Of a DNA stretch of 46,982 nt, positions 34,088-43,340 are shown piece after piece. The stretch covers positions 1 to 46,982 of the forward strand of contig CAJQLI010000023.1 in assembly GCA_905479125.1 (NCBI GenBank), read 5' to 3'. Position 1 is the first letter of the stretch; every line of letters begins with the position of its first letter. The position numbers and the translations under genes are program-made. Below the pieces are notes generated by a model. That model saw only the letters and a program-made list of their open reading frames with translations. It was not told the DNA's origin and ran no database searches. This DNA comes from an uncultured Alphaproteobacteria bacterium (GTDB lineage: Bacteria; Pseudomonadota; Alphaproteobacteria; MPNO01; UBA830).

Positions 34088-34543
34088 ATGTCAGACATAA
34101 TCAACGTCGAGCGGGTCGATCACACGGGTATCCGGGTGACAGACCCGGACCGGGCGATCGCGTTTTACGAAATACTGGGGTTCGAGGTCATCACCCGGGT
34201 GACGTTCGACCCGGTCATCATCATCCGCAATGCACAGGATGTGGAGATCAACCTGATCGTCAACGCCGCCGCGGAACATGACGGGACCAATATCCTGATG
34301 GATGTGGACACCAAATATGCGGGCATCACCCATCTGGCGCTGCGGGTGGCATCCATCGTCGACACAATGGCGGTGCTGAAGGAACGCGGTGTCGCCATCA
34401 CACAGGGCCCGGTGATGTTCGGCGGTGACGGCCACGTGTCGCTATTCGTGCGCGACCCGGACCGCAACGTGCTGGAACTGCGCGCCCGCGCGGAAAACCC
34501 CGACGAGATCGAGGGTCTGGAAAAATACGAGAACGTGAACTAG
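34088..34543 (+). CDS. VOC (glyoxalase/bleomycin resistance/dioxygenase) family protein
   Basis: 151 aa. [25 protein letters not shown]...HLALRV...[12 protein letters not shown]. The RBS AAGAGGA lies upstream. Confidence 0.8.
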   Translation: MSDIINVERVDHTGIRVTDPDRAIAFYEILGFEVITRVTFDPVIIIRNAQDVEINLIVNAAAEHDGTNILMDVDTKYAGITHLALRVASIVDTMAVLKERGVAITQGPVMFGGDGHVSLFVRDPDRNVLELRARAENPDEIEGLEKYENVN

Positions 34544-34551
34544 GCGATCAG

Positions 34552-34596
34552 AAAGACGTCACCCCGGCACATTGGCCGGGGTGACATTCTTTTCTT
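34552..34596. terminator. Bidirectional terminator built from a GTCACCCCGG-type hairpin
   Basis: GTCACCCCGGC (34558-34568), a 6-nt loop, then GCCGGGGTGAC (34575-34585). The 11-bp stem is perfect, is followed by TTCTTTTCTT and preceded by GAAAGA. It lies between convergent genes. Confidence 0.75.
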
Positions 34597-34614
34597 ATCC
34601 GGCACGCAAACCGG

Positions 34615-35151
34615 CTATAGCCACCACTGAAGAACATATTCATAGGGCCCTTCGCGATTGACCAGGTCGGTCCGCTGCAGGGCGATGCGATACCCATCGC
34701 CGGTTTTCTTCAACAGATGGCGATACTTGCCCGTGAAATTCCGCACCTCGTAGCGGAAATACTCGGCGCAATGAAACCGCGACCGGACAATGAGATCGCC
34801 GTTCGCCTCTTCGCTTTCAATGATCACATTTGAGACCACGTGGCAGAGCCGGTTATGCGGCGCCTGGCTATGTGCCCGCGGGTGCGTGTTCCGGGCGATC
34901 CGCATCTGCATCAGATAGGTATCCTCCCAGAAAACATTGGGCTCCCCGTCGCCTTCCACCTGGTCCTCTTCCGACGGCATCCAGTAGATTCCGTCATCCC
35001 CAAACAGGGCAAGCCAGTCATCCCATTGCTTTTCATCAATGATTTCAGCCTGGCGATAGAGGAACCGCTCGACCGCCAGCTGGGTTTCCACGCTGACATC
35101 TGCGACGGCCTGTGCATTTCCCGCGGCAAGAATTTCGGTCGCGCTTGCCAT
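34615..35151 (-). CDS. Aromatic ring-hydroxylating dioxygenase, beta subunit
   Basis: 178 aa, SnoaL-like. ERFLYRQAEIIDEKQWDDWLALF...YWMP is typical of RHO small subunits. It starts 2 nt after the alpha-subunit stop. Confidence 0.85.
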   Translation of the reverse strand: MASATEILAAGNAQAVADVSVETQLAVERFLYRQAEIIDEKQWDDWLALFGDDGIYWMPSEEDQVEGDGEPNVFWEDTYLMQMRIARNTHPRAHSQAPHNRLCHVVSNVIIESEEANGDLIVRSRFHCAEYFRYEVRNFTGKYRHLLKKTGDGYRIALQRTDLVNREGPYEYVLQWWL

Positions 35152-35153
35152 GA

Positions 35154-36476
35154 TCAGGCCTCCTTCTCGGCGGTCATGTAATCCCGCCAGGCATGCATCA
35201 TGTGTCGCAGCGGCATTTCACTCATAGTATCGGGCGCAGAATATGTCTTGTCACCCTCCTCGATGTCCTGGCCGGCATTGCGATGGAAACTCACCCATTC
35301 ACGCGCCGATGATTCCAGCCCGTGCTGGCATTTCCACCAGTTGAACAGATCGTCCGCATTGACCAGCGTCGAGGGCGAATTGACCAGGTAGTAATAGGCC
35401 AGCGACCGGCGGTAGATTTCCTCCGGTGCATCTTTGAGCCGGAAATGCCAGATTTCAGTGAGCGTCCTGTCCGGGCCGAGCGGGCGGATCGTGCGCAGCT
35501 GCTGCAGCGGCGGCTGCACCGAATTGCACGGATACACCAGCATGTGATGAATATTCACAGCCAGAATCTCTTCAGCCTTTTCCTCGCCATAGGCCGCGTA
35601 CATGCGGCGTACATATTCGTTCGTATCCGGATCATCCGGGCGCAATCCCATGTACCCTTCGAGACTGCTATGACCGTTCGGAAAGCCGATGGTACCGAAC
35701 TTGGTCCAGCCGTCATGTCCCAACCGGGCAAAATCCGACAGGAAGCTGAGTTCCAGCGGCACTTCCTTGCCATCGGCACGAATCTTTGCCTCTACCTGCT
35801 GCGCCGACTTGCCAGTGGATTCATGGGTCACACCCGGGTGTGACGCATCGAGCTGGTTCTCCAGGAAAATTTTCCAGTTGGATTGCTGCACCATGCGAAA
35901 ACAGCTTCCGACGACCTCGGTTTCCTTGCCGGGTGCCCGGTCGATCAGCTGATCGAACGCACTGGCGGATTCACCGAGATGCGACCGGAGATCGGGGCCG
36001 CCCTCCGACAGCTTTGCAAACCAGAAGCCGCGGTAATTATCCGAGCGCGCCGGGCGCGCCATGTGGAATTCCGGATCTTCAAAATCGAGGTTTGTGCCTT
36101 CATAGGCCTGCTTCGCCGGCATGCTTTCGAGCTTGCCATCGAGATGGAACGTCCAGGCATGATAGGAACAGTAAAAATTGTTCCCTGTATTGCCCTTGCG
36201 CGCCGTACACAGCTGCGCACCGCGATGAGGGCAGCGATTGTACAGAACCTGCACTTCACCGTTCTTGTCTTTGACCATGATCATTGGCTGGCGGCCGACC
36301 TGGGCGAGATAATAATCGCCCGGCTCTTTTACCTGGCTTTCATGCCCGATATAGATCCACGTGTTTTCGAAAATGCGTTCCATCTCGAGATCAAAAATCT
36401 CGGGGTCGGTATAGGCTTTGCGATGCGCGCGGTCCGGTTCGACCATTGCGGCGATCTGTTCAGTGGTCCAGCTCAT
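35154..36476 (-). CDS. Aromatic ring-hydroxylating dioxygenase, alpha subunit (Rieske)
   Basis: 440 aa. The Rieske motif is CPHRGAQLC...CSYHAWTF. The catalytic domain has NWKIFLENQLDASHPGVTH. Confidence 0.9.
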   Translation of the reverse strand: MSWTTEQIAAMVEPDRAHRKAYTDPEIFDLEMERIFENTWIYIGHESQVKEPGDYYLAQVGRQPMIMVKDKNGEVQVLYNRCPHRGAQLCTARKGNTGNNFYCSYHAWTFHLDGKLESMPAKQAYEGTNLDFEDPEFHMARPARSDNYRGFWFAKLSEGGPDLRSHLGESASAFDQLIDRAPGKETEVVGSCFRMVQQSNWKIFLENQLDASHPGVTHESTGKSAQQVEAKIRADGKEVPLELSFLSDFARLGHDGWTKFGTIGFPNGHSSLEGYMGLRPDDPDTNEYVRRMYAAYGEEKAEEILAVNIHHMLVYPCNSVQPPLQQLRTIRPLGPDRTLTEIWHFRLKDAPEEIYRRSLAYYYLVNSPSTLVNADDLFNWWKCQHGLESSAREWVSFHRNAGQDIEEGDKTYSAPDTMSEMPLRHMMHAWRDYMTAEKEA

Positions 36477-36612
36477 CTCTCTCTCCTGCTTTGCAGGGAC
36501 GCTTTTCCTGGCCGGGATATTCCCGACGGCGCGCCCCGTTGAAGAGAGTGTTGCGGTTTAAAACGCGCCGGACTAGCCCGAAGATGCGGAAAATAGCCTG
36601 ATTGCGCAGTTA

Positions 36613-37617
36613 TTATGCATTCCGAAGCGTTTCTGACGGTAATTCGCCGAACCGTTCCTTGTAGGCACGAGCGAACTTGCTGAGGTGATTGAAGCCGCAA
36701 TCAAGCGCAACGTCCGTCACCAGAACATCGCCGACCCCCTTCTGTTTAAGCATAAGGCGCGCATTGTCCAGCCGGACATTCCGCAGGTAGACCATGGGTG
36801 TGACGCCATAGTATTTCCGAAAGCCCTCATGCAGAGACCGGCGGCTTACCCCGCTGGCCTGCACCATATCGTCCAGCCCCACGACCTCGCGCGAATGACT
36901 GTGGATATAGGCAGCAGCATACCGCACATGGCGGGGACGCAGTGTCGGTGAGGTATCAGACAGCAGATGGGTATAGTTATGCGGCAAGGCGTTCAGCATC
37001 ATGTCGAGCAACATCTGCTTGGCATCGCCACTGCCAGGCCCGTCAAAGAACGACCCCTCCTGTTCAAGGTCCTGCGTAAGCAGATCGATCATCCGGCCCA
37101 AAGTCGCCGCGCCACCGGATAGAGGGCAAGGCGCCTGATCGAAAACCAGCGGGTCGCGAACGGGCATACCAATCAGGCGCGCCAGCGCTGCTTCCATATC
37201 GGTCTGATGAATTTTAATCATCATCTGGCGGCCATCGGTCTGCCAGATCTTCGTGTGCGGACCATTGGCGTTGATCATATATATCTCGCCGGGACGGAAT
37301 GACCGGTCCGCCCGCATCTGGCCAACTGCCATCTGACCTTCCAGATTAATTTCGCACAGATAAATATTGGCCATGTTGGGCACGTTGATGCGGGCCTCGC
37401 CCTTGCCAAACATCGAGTAGGCCATTTCATGAAAGGTCAGCGTATCGAGCGATGCGGTGCGAAAACGCACCGTCGCAGGACGCTTCTGGCGCGAATTATG
37501 AGCAAGCGAATGAGAAATAATGCTCTGCCCGACGATCTCGCTGGTCTCCAGCGGATCACTGGAAACGAAATACGGCGTCCACCGGCCCGTTCCTTCAGCA
37601 GCAGTTTGGTACATCAT
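36613..37617 (-). CDS. AraC family transcriptional regulator
   Basis: C-terminal double HTH (LDDMVQASGVSRRSLHEGFRKYYGVTPMVYLRNVRL...DVALDCGFNHLSKFARAYKERFGELPSE). I chose the start MMYQT at 37617 because the longer track ORF would abut the divergent ThDP gene. Confidence 0.8.
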   Translation of the reverse strand: MMYQTAAEGTGRWTPYFVSSDPLETSEIVGQSIISHSLAHNSRQKRPATVRFRTASLDTLTFHEMAYSMFGKGEARINVPNMANIYLCEINLEGQMAVGQMRADRSFRPGEIYMINANGPHTKIWQTDGRQMMIKIHQTDMEAALARLIGMPVRDPLVFDQAPCPLSGGAATLGRMIDLLTQDLEQEGSFFDGPGSGDAKQMLLDMMLNALPHNYTHLLSDTSPTLRPRHVRYAAAYIHSHSREVVGLDDMVQASGVSRRSLHEGFRKYYGVTPMVYLRNVRLDNARLMLKQKGVGDVLVTDVALDCGFNHLSKFARAYKERFGELPSETLRNA

Positions 37618-37807
37618 GGCACTGAGCTTGAAGGGATTTCGCCCCAAAATCAATTTTCCCGGAATATTGCGCCCCCGGGCGGGCTGGGTATCGCCGATGC
37701 AGAACCTGCCCTTTGACAAGCGCCGGGCCGCGCGGAACAGTACCGCTTCATTCATCTCCACTTCATCAGGCAATCAATTGAGCACAGCACCTACACTCGC
37801 ATCCGCA

Positions 37808-39391
37808 ATGGCCGCCACGCTTTCATCCCGCGGCGTGAAACGCATCTTCGGCGTGCCGGGGGGTGGATCCAGCCTCGACCTTATCGATGCCGCCGCACAG
37901 GAGGGGATCGAATTCATCCTGTGCCGGACCGAAACGGCCGCCGCGATCATGGCGGCGGTCACCGGAGAACTGACAGGCATACCGGGTGTGGTGCTGACCG
38001 GCATCGGCCCGGGGGCTGCGAGCGTGGTCAACGGTATCGCCTATGCCTCACTAGAACGGGCGCCGGTTATCGTGATCACCGATGCTCATGAAGAAACGGC
38101 GATTGCCCCACCTCACCAGATATTCGATCAGCAGGCGATGTTCGCGCCCATCTCGAAAGCGCAAAAACGTCTGACAGCCGCTACGGGTGCAGCGGACTTT
38201 GAAGACCTCTTCGATATTGCCGCCACGGAACCACCGGGGCCGGTCCATTGCGACCTGTCGGCAATGGATGCCGCCAGCGCTGCTGCACCAACACGCGTCG
38301 GCACCAGACCTGAACCCGCAACACCCGACGCACCCGATGCAGCCAAAATGGCCAGGGCCTGCGACCTTGTCGCCGCCGCCCGGCGGCCAGTGCTTATTGT
38401 CGGTCACCAGTGCCGGTCGGCAGACCGGGCCGGCGCTGCGAACGACCTCGCACGCGTGCTGGGTGGACCGGCGATGACGACATACAAGGCGAAAGGCGTC
38501 ATACCGGAAGACGGTTCGCATTTTGTGGGGCTGTTCACCAATGCGAAACTCGACCACGGGGTTCTGGCCGAGGCCGACCTGATCGTCTTCTGCGGTGTCG
38601 ACCCGGTCGAAATGATTCCCGGCAAGTGGCCGCATGACGTGCCGTTGATCGTGCTGTCTGAAACACCGGGACTTGCCTGGCCCTTTGCAGCCGATGTTGA
38701 AATTAGCGGACCGGTTGCGATCAGCGCGGCCCATATCGCCCGCACGCCAACGAACACTGACTGGCTCGAGGACCGGATCGCCAGTTTCAGAAGCAATATT
38801 ATCGAGGCGCTGACAAATACCGGCGGCAATGGCCGTGCCCCTGATGCGGTGATCGACGCTATTGCCGCGGCGGCGCCCCCCGGTGCAAGGCTGGCCGTGG
38901 ATGCCGGCGCCCATATGTTTTCAGCAATGGCTCGCTGGCCGGCACAGGCACCGCACGACGTATTGAAATCGAACGGGCTGTCGAGCATGGGATTCGCGGT
39001 CCCCGCCGCGCTCGGAAGCTGGCTGGAGGAACCCGACCGGCACACAATTGCCGTCACCGGCGATGGCGGCATGATGATGTGCCTCGCGGAGCTGTCGACC
39101 GCCGCCCGGCTAAACGCCGCCCTGACGGTGGTCGTGCTGAACGACGCTGCGCTCTCGCTGATCGACATCAAGCAGCAGCGCCAGCAACGCCCGCCTCTTG
39201 GCGTGCGCTACCCACGGGCCGATTTCGCGACAGCCGCTCGCGGCATGGGATGCGCGTCCTGGTCGGTCGCAGCACTTGATCCACTGGAATTCGCGCTCGC
39301 CGAAGCCTTTGAGGCAGAGGGGCCGACACTGGTCGATGTCAGCGTCGATCCGTCAGGCTACCGCGATCAGCTTCTCGCGCTCCGGGGCTGA
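37808..39391 (+). CDS. Thiamine-diphosphate-dependent enzyme (acetolactate synthase / benzoylformate decarboxylase superfamily)
   Basis: N-terminal Pyr domain (RGVKRIFGVPGGGSSLDLIDA) and C-terminal PP motif (VTGDGGMMMCLAELSTAARLN...VVVLNDAAL). The start is uncertain: ATG 37808 or in-frame TTG 37778. Confidence 0.85.
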   Translation: MAATLSSRGVKRIFGVPGGGSSLDLIDAAAQEGIEFILCRTETAAAIMAAVTGELTGIPGVVLTGIGPGAASVVNGIAYASLERAPVIVITDAHEETAIAPPHQIFDQQAMFAPISKAQKRLTAATGAADFEDLFDIAATEPPGPVHCDLSAMDAASAAAPTRVGTRPEPATPDAPDAAKMARACDLVAAARRPVLIVGHQCRSADRAGAANDLARVLGGPAMTTYKAKGVIPEDGSHFVGLFTNAKLDHGVLAEADLIVFCGVDPVEMIPGKWPHDVPLIVLSETPGLAWPFAADVEISGPVAISAAHIARTPTNTDWLEDRIASFRSNIIEALTNTGGNGRAPDAVIDAIAAAAPPGARLAVDAGAHMFSAMARWPAQAPHDVLKSNGLSSMGFAVPAALGSWLEEPDRHTIAVTGDGGMMMCLAELSTAARLNAALTVVVLNDAALSLIDIKQQRQQRPPLGVRYPRADFATAARGMGCASWSVAALDPLEFALAEAFEAEGPTLVDVSVDPSGYRDQLLALRG

Positions 39392-39404
39392 CGCCATTGT
39401 CGGT

Positions 39405-40436
39405 CTATTTCATGCCCATGGCAGCTCGGATGCTGGCCAGCTGAGCCGGGGTGACTGCCAGCGTATCATTGATCAGGCTTGTAATTTTTGCACCCGGCAC
39501 CGGGTTCAGTCCCAGCCTCCGTGCAGCGACCGCAGCCTGATAGGCCGGATCCTTCATTGATTTCTCGAACGCCATCCGTAGCGCGGCGAACCGGTCCGCC
39601 GGCACATCCGGCGGTGTCATAAACAGCCAGCCGACTGCGTTTCCGTTGCCGAAAAATCTCAAAACTTCTTTGTTCTCGGGCTTTGCTGCAAGTTCGATCA
39701 GCGTGGGGACGTTCGGCAGGTCCCAGTTTCGGGCCAGTCCGCTGAGAGCGATCAGCGCAACCTTGTTCTGCGCCAGCCATTCAGGTTGCCCAGCCTTGAG
39801 GCTGTCCCAGGCACCGGCACGGCCACGCGCTTCGCCTTTGGCCATGGCAAGTTCGACGCCCTTCATGCCGCGATAGCCTGTCACGACCTTGAATTTTGTT
39901 CCCAACAGGTTGTTCATCAGCGTCGGCGTTATAAAAGTCTCCGAACTTTTCCCAGTCGACGCCATTATGGCCTGCGTCATTTTTGCGTCTTCGACGCTGG
40001 CGACGGGTGACTTGTCTTTCAGAATGGCGACCACGCTGTTGATCGGCCCAAGACTGCCAAGATACCCGAATTTCGCAGCGTCGTATTTCAGGCCTTTCCG
40101 GCCAAGCGCCTGGTTGACCGCGATATACTTCAACGGAAAACCGATATGCGTGCCATCCCGTGGCGCGACGTTATACATGTAGTTCGCCATCCGGGCGCCA
40201 CCGCCGCCCGGCTTGAACTGCATGATGATATTCGGATTGCCCGGGATATATTTTTTCATCGTCTCGGCGAGCAATCTGCCGTGAACGCCATAGGTAGCGC
40301 CCGCACCGGTGGCGGCGCTGATGGTTATAGTCTTGCCGGTATAAAACCCGGCGACCGACTGGCCCCCGGCTGAACCGCCGACCGTGACTGAAACACATAA
40401 AGCGGCGGTCGTGGCTACAATCCGAAGGTGAGTCAT
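39405..40436 (-). CDS. Tripartite tricarboxylate transporter (TTT) substrate-binding protein, TctC/Bug-like; no TctA/B nearby
   Basis: Signal peptide MTHLRIVATTAALCVSV. The segment QFKPGGGGARMANYMYNVAPRDGTHIG resembles the Bug-family N.PGAGG......A.PDGYT motif. About 340 aa. Confidence 0.65.
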   Translation of the reverse strand: MTHLRIVATTAALCVSVTVGGSAGGQSVAGFYTGKTITISAATGAGATYGVHGRLLAETMKKYIPGNPNIIMQFKPGGGGARMANYMYNVAPRDGTHIGFPLKYIAVNQALGRKGLKYDAAKFGYLGSLGPINSVVAILKDKSPVASVEDAKMTQAIMASTGKSSETFITPTLMNNLLGTKFKVVTGYRGMKGVELAMAKGEARGRAGAWDSLKAGQPEWLAQNKVALIALSGLARNWDLPNVPTLIELAAKPENKEVLRFFGNGNAVGWLFMTPPDVPADRFAALRMAFEKSMKDPAYQAAVAARRLGLNPVPGAKITSLINDTLAVTPAQLASIRAAMGMK

Positions 40437-40457
40437 CGTTGTCTCCCGACATAAGAA

Positions 40458-40527
40458 TTATTCACGGTAACACGTCCATGCGATAAATTTTCACGGCGCT
40501 GGAACCGCTACCAAGTCGTGAAAATTC
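40458..40527. promoter_or_regulatory. Three phased TTCACG(G) half-sites upstream of the Bug gene
   Basis: AATTATTCACGG (40458-40469), AATTTTCACGG (40488-40498) and the inverted CGTGAAAATT (40518-40527). Spacing is about 30 bp. Confidence 0.4.
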
Positions 40528-40546
40528 TCCTACATGATCAACGCAG

Positions 40547-40568
40547 GGTCAAATGGGGGTCAAATGGG
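40547..40568. repeat. Perfect tandem direct repeat GGGTCAAATGG x2
   Basis: 40547-40557 and 40558-40568 are identical 11-mers. They lie between the glnS stop and the Bug gene start. Confidence 0.8.
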
Positions 40569-40592
40569 ACGCAGTTGCGGCACAGTCTGCCG

Positions 40593-42278
40593 TCAGCCTT
40601 TCGCCATTGCCCGGGCAAAAGAATCCCGCAACCCCACCGTCCTGTTAAAGACCGGGTTATCGGCGCTGGCGTCAGGATCGACGCAAAAATATCCGAGCCT
40701 TTCAAACTGGACGACCTCGCCTGCAGCGACATCAGACAGGCTCGGCTCAAGCTTGCAACCGGACAGTGTTTCCAGAGACTCGGGGTTCAGCACTGAGCGG
40801 AAATCCTCCGCCGCTCCGGGGTTTTCATCGACGAAAAGCGGATTATAGAGGCGAACCTCGGCATCGACCGCATGTTGTGCCGATACCCAGTGCAGCGTTC
40901 CCTTTACCTTGCGCCCGTCGGGCGAATCCCCTCCCCGGGTTTCCGGGTCATAGGTACAGCGCAGTTCAATCACCTCCCCGGCCGCATCCTTGATGACGTC
41001 GGTGCAGGTGATGAAATAGGCCGCCCTGAGACGGACTTCACGACCGAGGCTCAGGCGGAAGAATTTCTTCGGGGCATCTTCCATGAAGTCGTCGCGCTCG
41101 ACATATATCTCGCGGCTGAACGGCACTTTACGGATACCCGCCGTCTCGTCGCGCGGGTTATTGACCGCGTCGACTTCCTCGACCTGCCCTTCAGGATAGT
41201 TCTCAATCACCACCTTGAGCGGCCGCAACACGCCCATCCGGCGCAGCGCGCTGTCGTTCAGCGGATCGCGAATACAGTGTTCGAGCATCGCGGCTTCGAC
41301 AGTGCCCTCGTTCTTTGAAATCGACAGGCGGCTGATGAAATCATGGATCGCCGAGGACGGCACGCCACGGCGACGGAAACCGGAAACCGTCGGCATACGC
41401 GGATCGTCCCAACCGGCGACATGCCCCTCCGCGACAAGCTGTGTCAGCAACCGCTTGGACAGCACGGTGTGGGTCATATTCAGGCGTGAAAACTCGTACT
41501 GCCGCGGCCGCGCCGGCACCGGCAGGTTTTCGATCAGCCAGTCGTAGAGCGGGCGATGATCCTCGAATTCCAGCGTACAGAGCGAATGGGTAATGCCTTC
41601 CATCGCATCGGTCTGGCCATGCGCAAAATCGTAGGTCGGATAAATGCACCATGTGTCACCGGTGCGCGGGTGGGGGGCGCGGATAATCCGGTACAGGACC
41701 GGGTCGCGCAGATTGATATTTCCCGACGCCATATCGATCTTGGCGCGCAGCACCCGTGCGCCGTCTTCAAATTCACCGGCCCGCATACGGCGGAACAGGT
41801 CGAGGTTTTCCTCGACGCTGCGGCTGCGCGACGGACTTTCGCGCCCGGGCTCGGTCAGGGTGCCGCGATACTCGCGCATTTCTTCGGCAGACAGGTCCTC
41901 GACATAGGCAAGACCTTCACCGATCAGATGTTCAGCCCATTCATAGAGTTGCTCGAAATTGTCGGACGCATATTTGACGTCGCCGTCCCAGCCGACATCG
42001 AGCCATTTCACGTCGGCCTGGATGGCGTCGATAAATTCCTGGTCTTCCTTGGCCGGGTTCGTGTCGTCGAAACGCAGATTGCAATGGCCGCCGAATTCCC
42101 GCGCCACGCCGAAATTCAGGCAGATCGACTTCGCATGACCAATATGCAGATAGCCATTGGGCTCCGGCGGGAAGCGCGTGACCAGCGACCCTACAGTGCC
42201 GTTGGTAAGGTCTTCGCGAATCTTGTCGCGGATGAAATCATGCACCGCGTCGGGTACAGCATTGTCTTCAGTGTTCAT
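40593..42278 (-). CDS. glnS: Glutamine--tRNA ligase
   Basis: [24 protein letters not shown] (HIGH region), the VLSKRLL (KMSKS-type) loop and overall collinearity with E. coli GlnRS. I chose the ATG at 42278; a GTG at 42296 is an alternative. Confidence 0.92.
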   Translation of the reverse strand: MNTEDNAVPDAVHDFIRDKIREDLTNGTVGSLVTRFPPEPNGYLHIGHAKSICLNFGVAREFGGHCNLRFDDTNPAKEDQEFIDAIQADVKWLDVGWDGDVKYASDNFEQLYEWAEHLIGEGLAYVEDLSAEEMREYRGTLTEPGRESPSRSRSVEENLDLFRRMRAGEFEDGARVLRAKIDMASGNINLRDPVLYRIIRAPHPRTGDTWCIYPTYDFAHGQTDAMEGITHSLCTLEFEDHRPLYDWLIENLPVPARPRQYEFSRLNMTHTVLSKRLLTQLVAEGHVAGWDDPRMPTVSGFRRRGVPSSAIHDFISRLSISKNEGTVEAAMLEHCIRDPLNDSALRRMGVLRPLKVVIENYPEGQVEEVDAVNNPRDETAGIRKVPFSREIYVERDDFMEDAPKKFFRLSLGREVRLRAAYFITCTDVIKDAAGEVIELRCTYDPETRGGDSPDGRKVKGTLHWVSAQHAVDAEVRLYNPLFVDENPGAAEDFRSVLNPESLETLSGCKLEPSLSDVAAGEVVQFERLGYFCVDPDASADNPVFNRTVGLRDSFARAMAKG

Positions 42279-42431
42279 GGGTTCAGCATATAGCACGCCG
42301 GATTCGATGCGCTAAGAGGCAATAGCGCTATTTGAACCAAGCCCGAAGCGGCCGAATAAACCCCACCTGCCTCTCGCACCGTCCGAAATTCTGCTAGGGT
42401 TCTGACAAGCAAGCAGAAATACGGAACCACG

Positions 42432-43331
42432 ATGCTCAAAACCGGACCCGCCGCCGGCATCTTCTGGATGTGCATGGCGACACTTATCAGTTCCATTTCA
42501 GGCGCCATGGTCCGCGAACTGGCGGGAGAAATCCCGACATTCGAGCTGGTCTTTTTCCGCAACCTGATCGCGATGGTCGTCCTGATCCCGATCGTGCTGC
42601 GCCAGGGCGTCGGGTTGCCCGACCGAAGTCAGCTTCCCTATTACGGGATGCGCATTCTGTTCGCCTTCTCCGCGATGGTGTTTCTGTTCTACGCACTGGC
42701 CCGTATGCCGCTTGCGGACGTCTATGCCCTGCAATACACGATCCCGCTCTTCACCATCCTGCTTGCCGTCCTGTTCCTTAAACAGAAAGCCGATATCCAC
42801 AGTTGGGCGGCCGTATTCGTCGGATTTGTCGGCACACTGATCGTGATGCGGCCAGGAATCATCGAGATCACGCTTGCCGCATTGGGGGCAATCACCGCGG
42901 CCTGCCTGTCAGCCGGGTCCAACACGACGATCAAGATATTGTCCCGCAAGGACAATGCCGAGGCCATAACGCTGTGGACCAATATCGGCATGCTGCCGCT
43001 GGCGCTTGTCCCGACCATATTTGTCTGGGTGACACCGACCGCCGAACAATGGCCGCTGATCATCGGCGTCGGGGTCGTCAGCAGTATCGGGGGGTATTGT
43101 TTCACACGCGCGGTATCGGCAGCGGATGCACGCATCGTGCAGCCTTTCCAGTTCTCGCGCATGGTCTTTGCCACGGCGATCGGCTGGATCATGTTTTCGG
43201 AATTCCCTGATCTCTGGACCTGGATTGGTGCAGCCGTGATTTTCGGCGCGTCATACTATATCGTCTACCGGGAAGGGCGTGCGCGGAAAGCGGCGCAGAG
43301 AGACCAGCAGGCGACCGATCAGAGGACATAA
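42432..43331 (+). CDS. DMT superfamily (EamA-like) transporter
   Basis: 299 aa and about 10 hydrophobic helices arranged as two EamA-like halves. Confidence 0.85.
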   Translation: MLKTGPAAGIFWMCMATLISSISGAMVRELAGEIPTFELVFFRNLIAMVVLIPIVLRQGVGLPDRSQLPYYGMRILFAFSAMVFLFYALARMPLADVYALQYTIPLFTILLAVLFLKQKADIHSWAAVFVGFVGTLIVMRPGIIEITLAALGAITAACLSAGSNTTIKILSRKDNAEAITLWTNIGMLPLALVPTIFVWVTPTAEQWPLIIGVGVVSSIGGYCFTRAVSAADARIVQPFQFSRMVFATAIGWIMFSEFPDLWTWIGAAVIFGASYYIVYREGRARKAAQRDQQATDQRT

Positions 43332-43340
43332 ATCAAACAG

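Noticed and set aside
37520-37807. 96-codon N-terminal extension of the ThDP enzyme ORF, and the 52-codon extension of the AraC ORF (37618-37773).
   Set aside because: The two extensions overlap each other on opposite strands and have no family-like sequence. The shorter starts leave a sensible divergent promoter region of about 190 nt.
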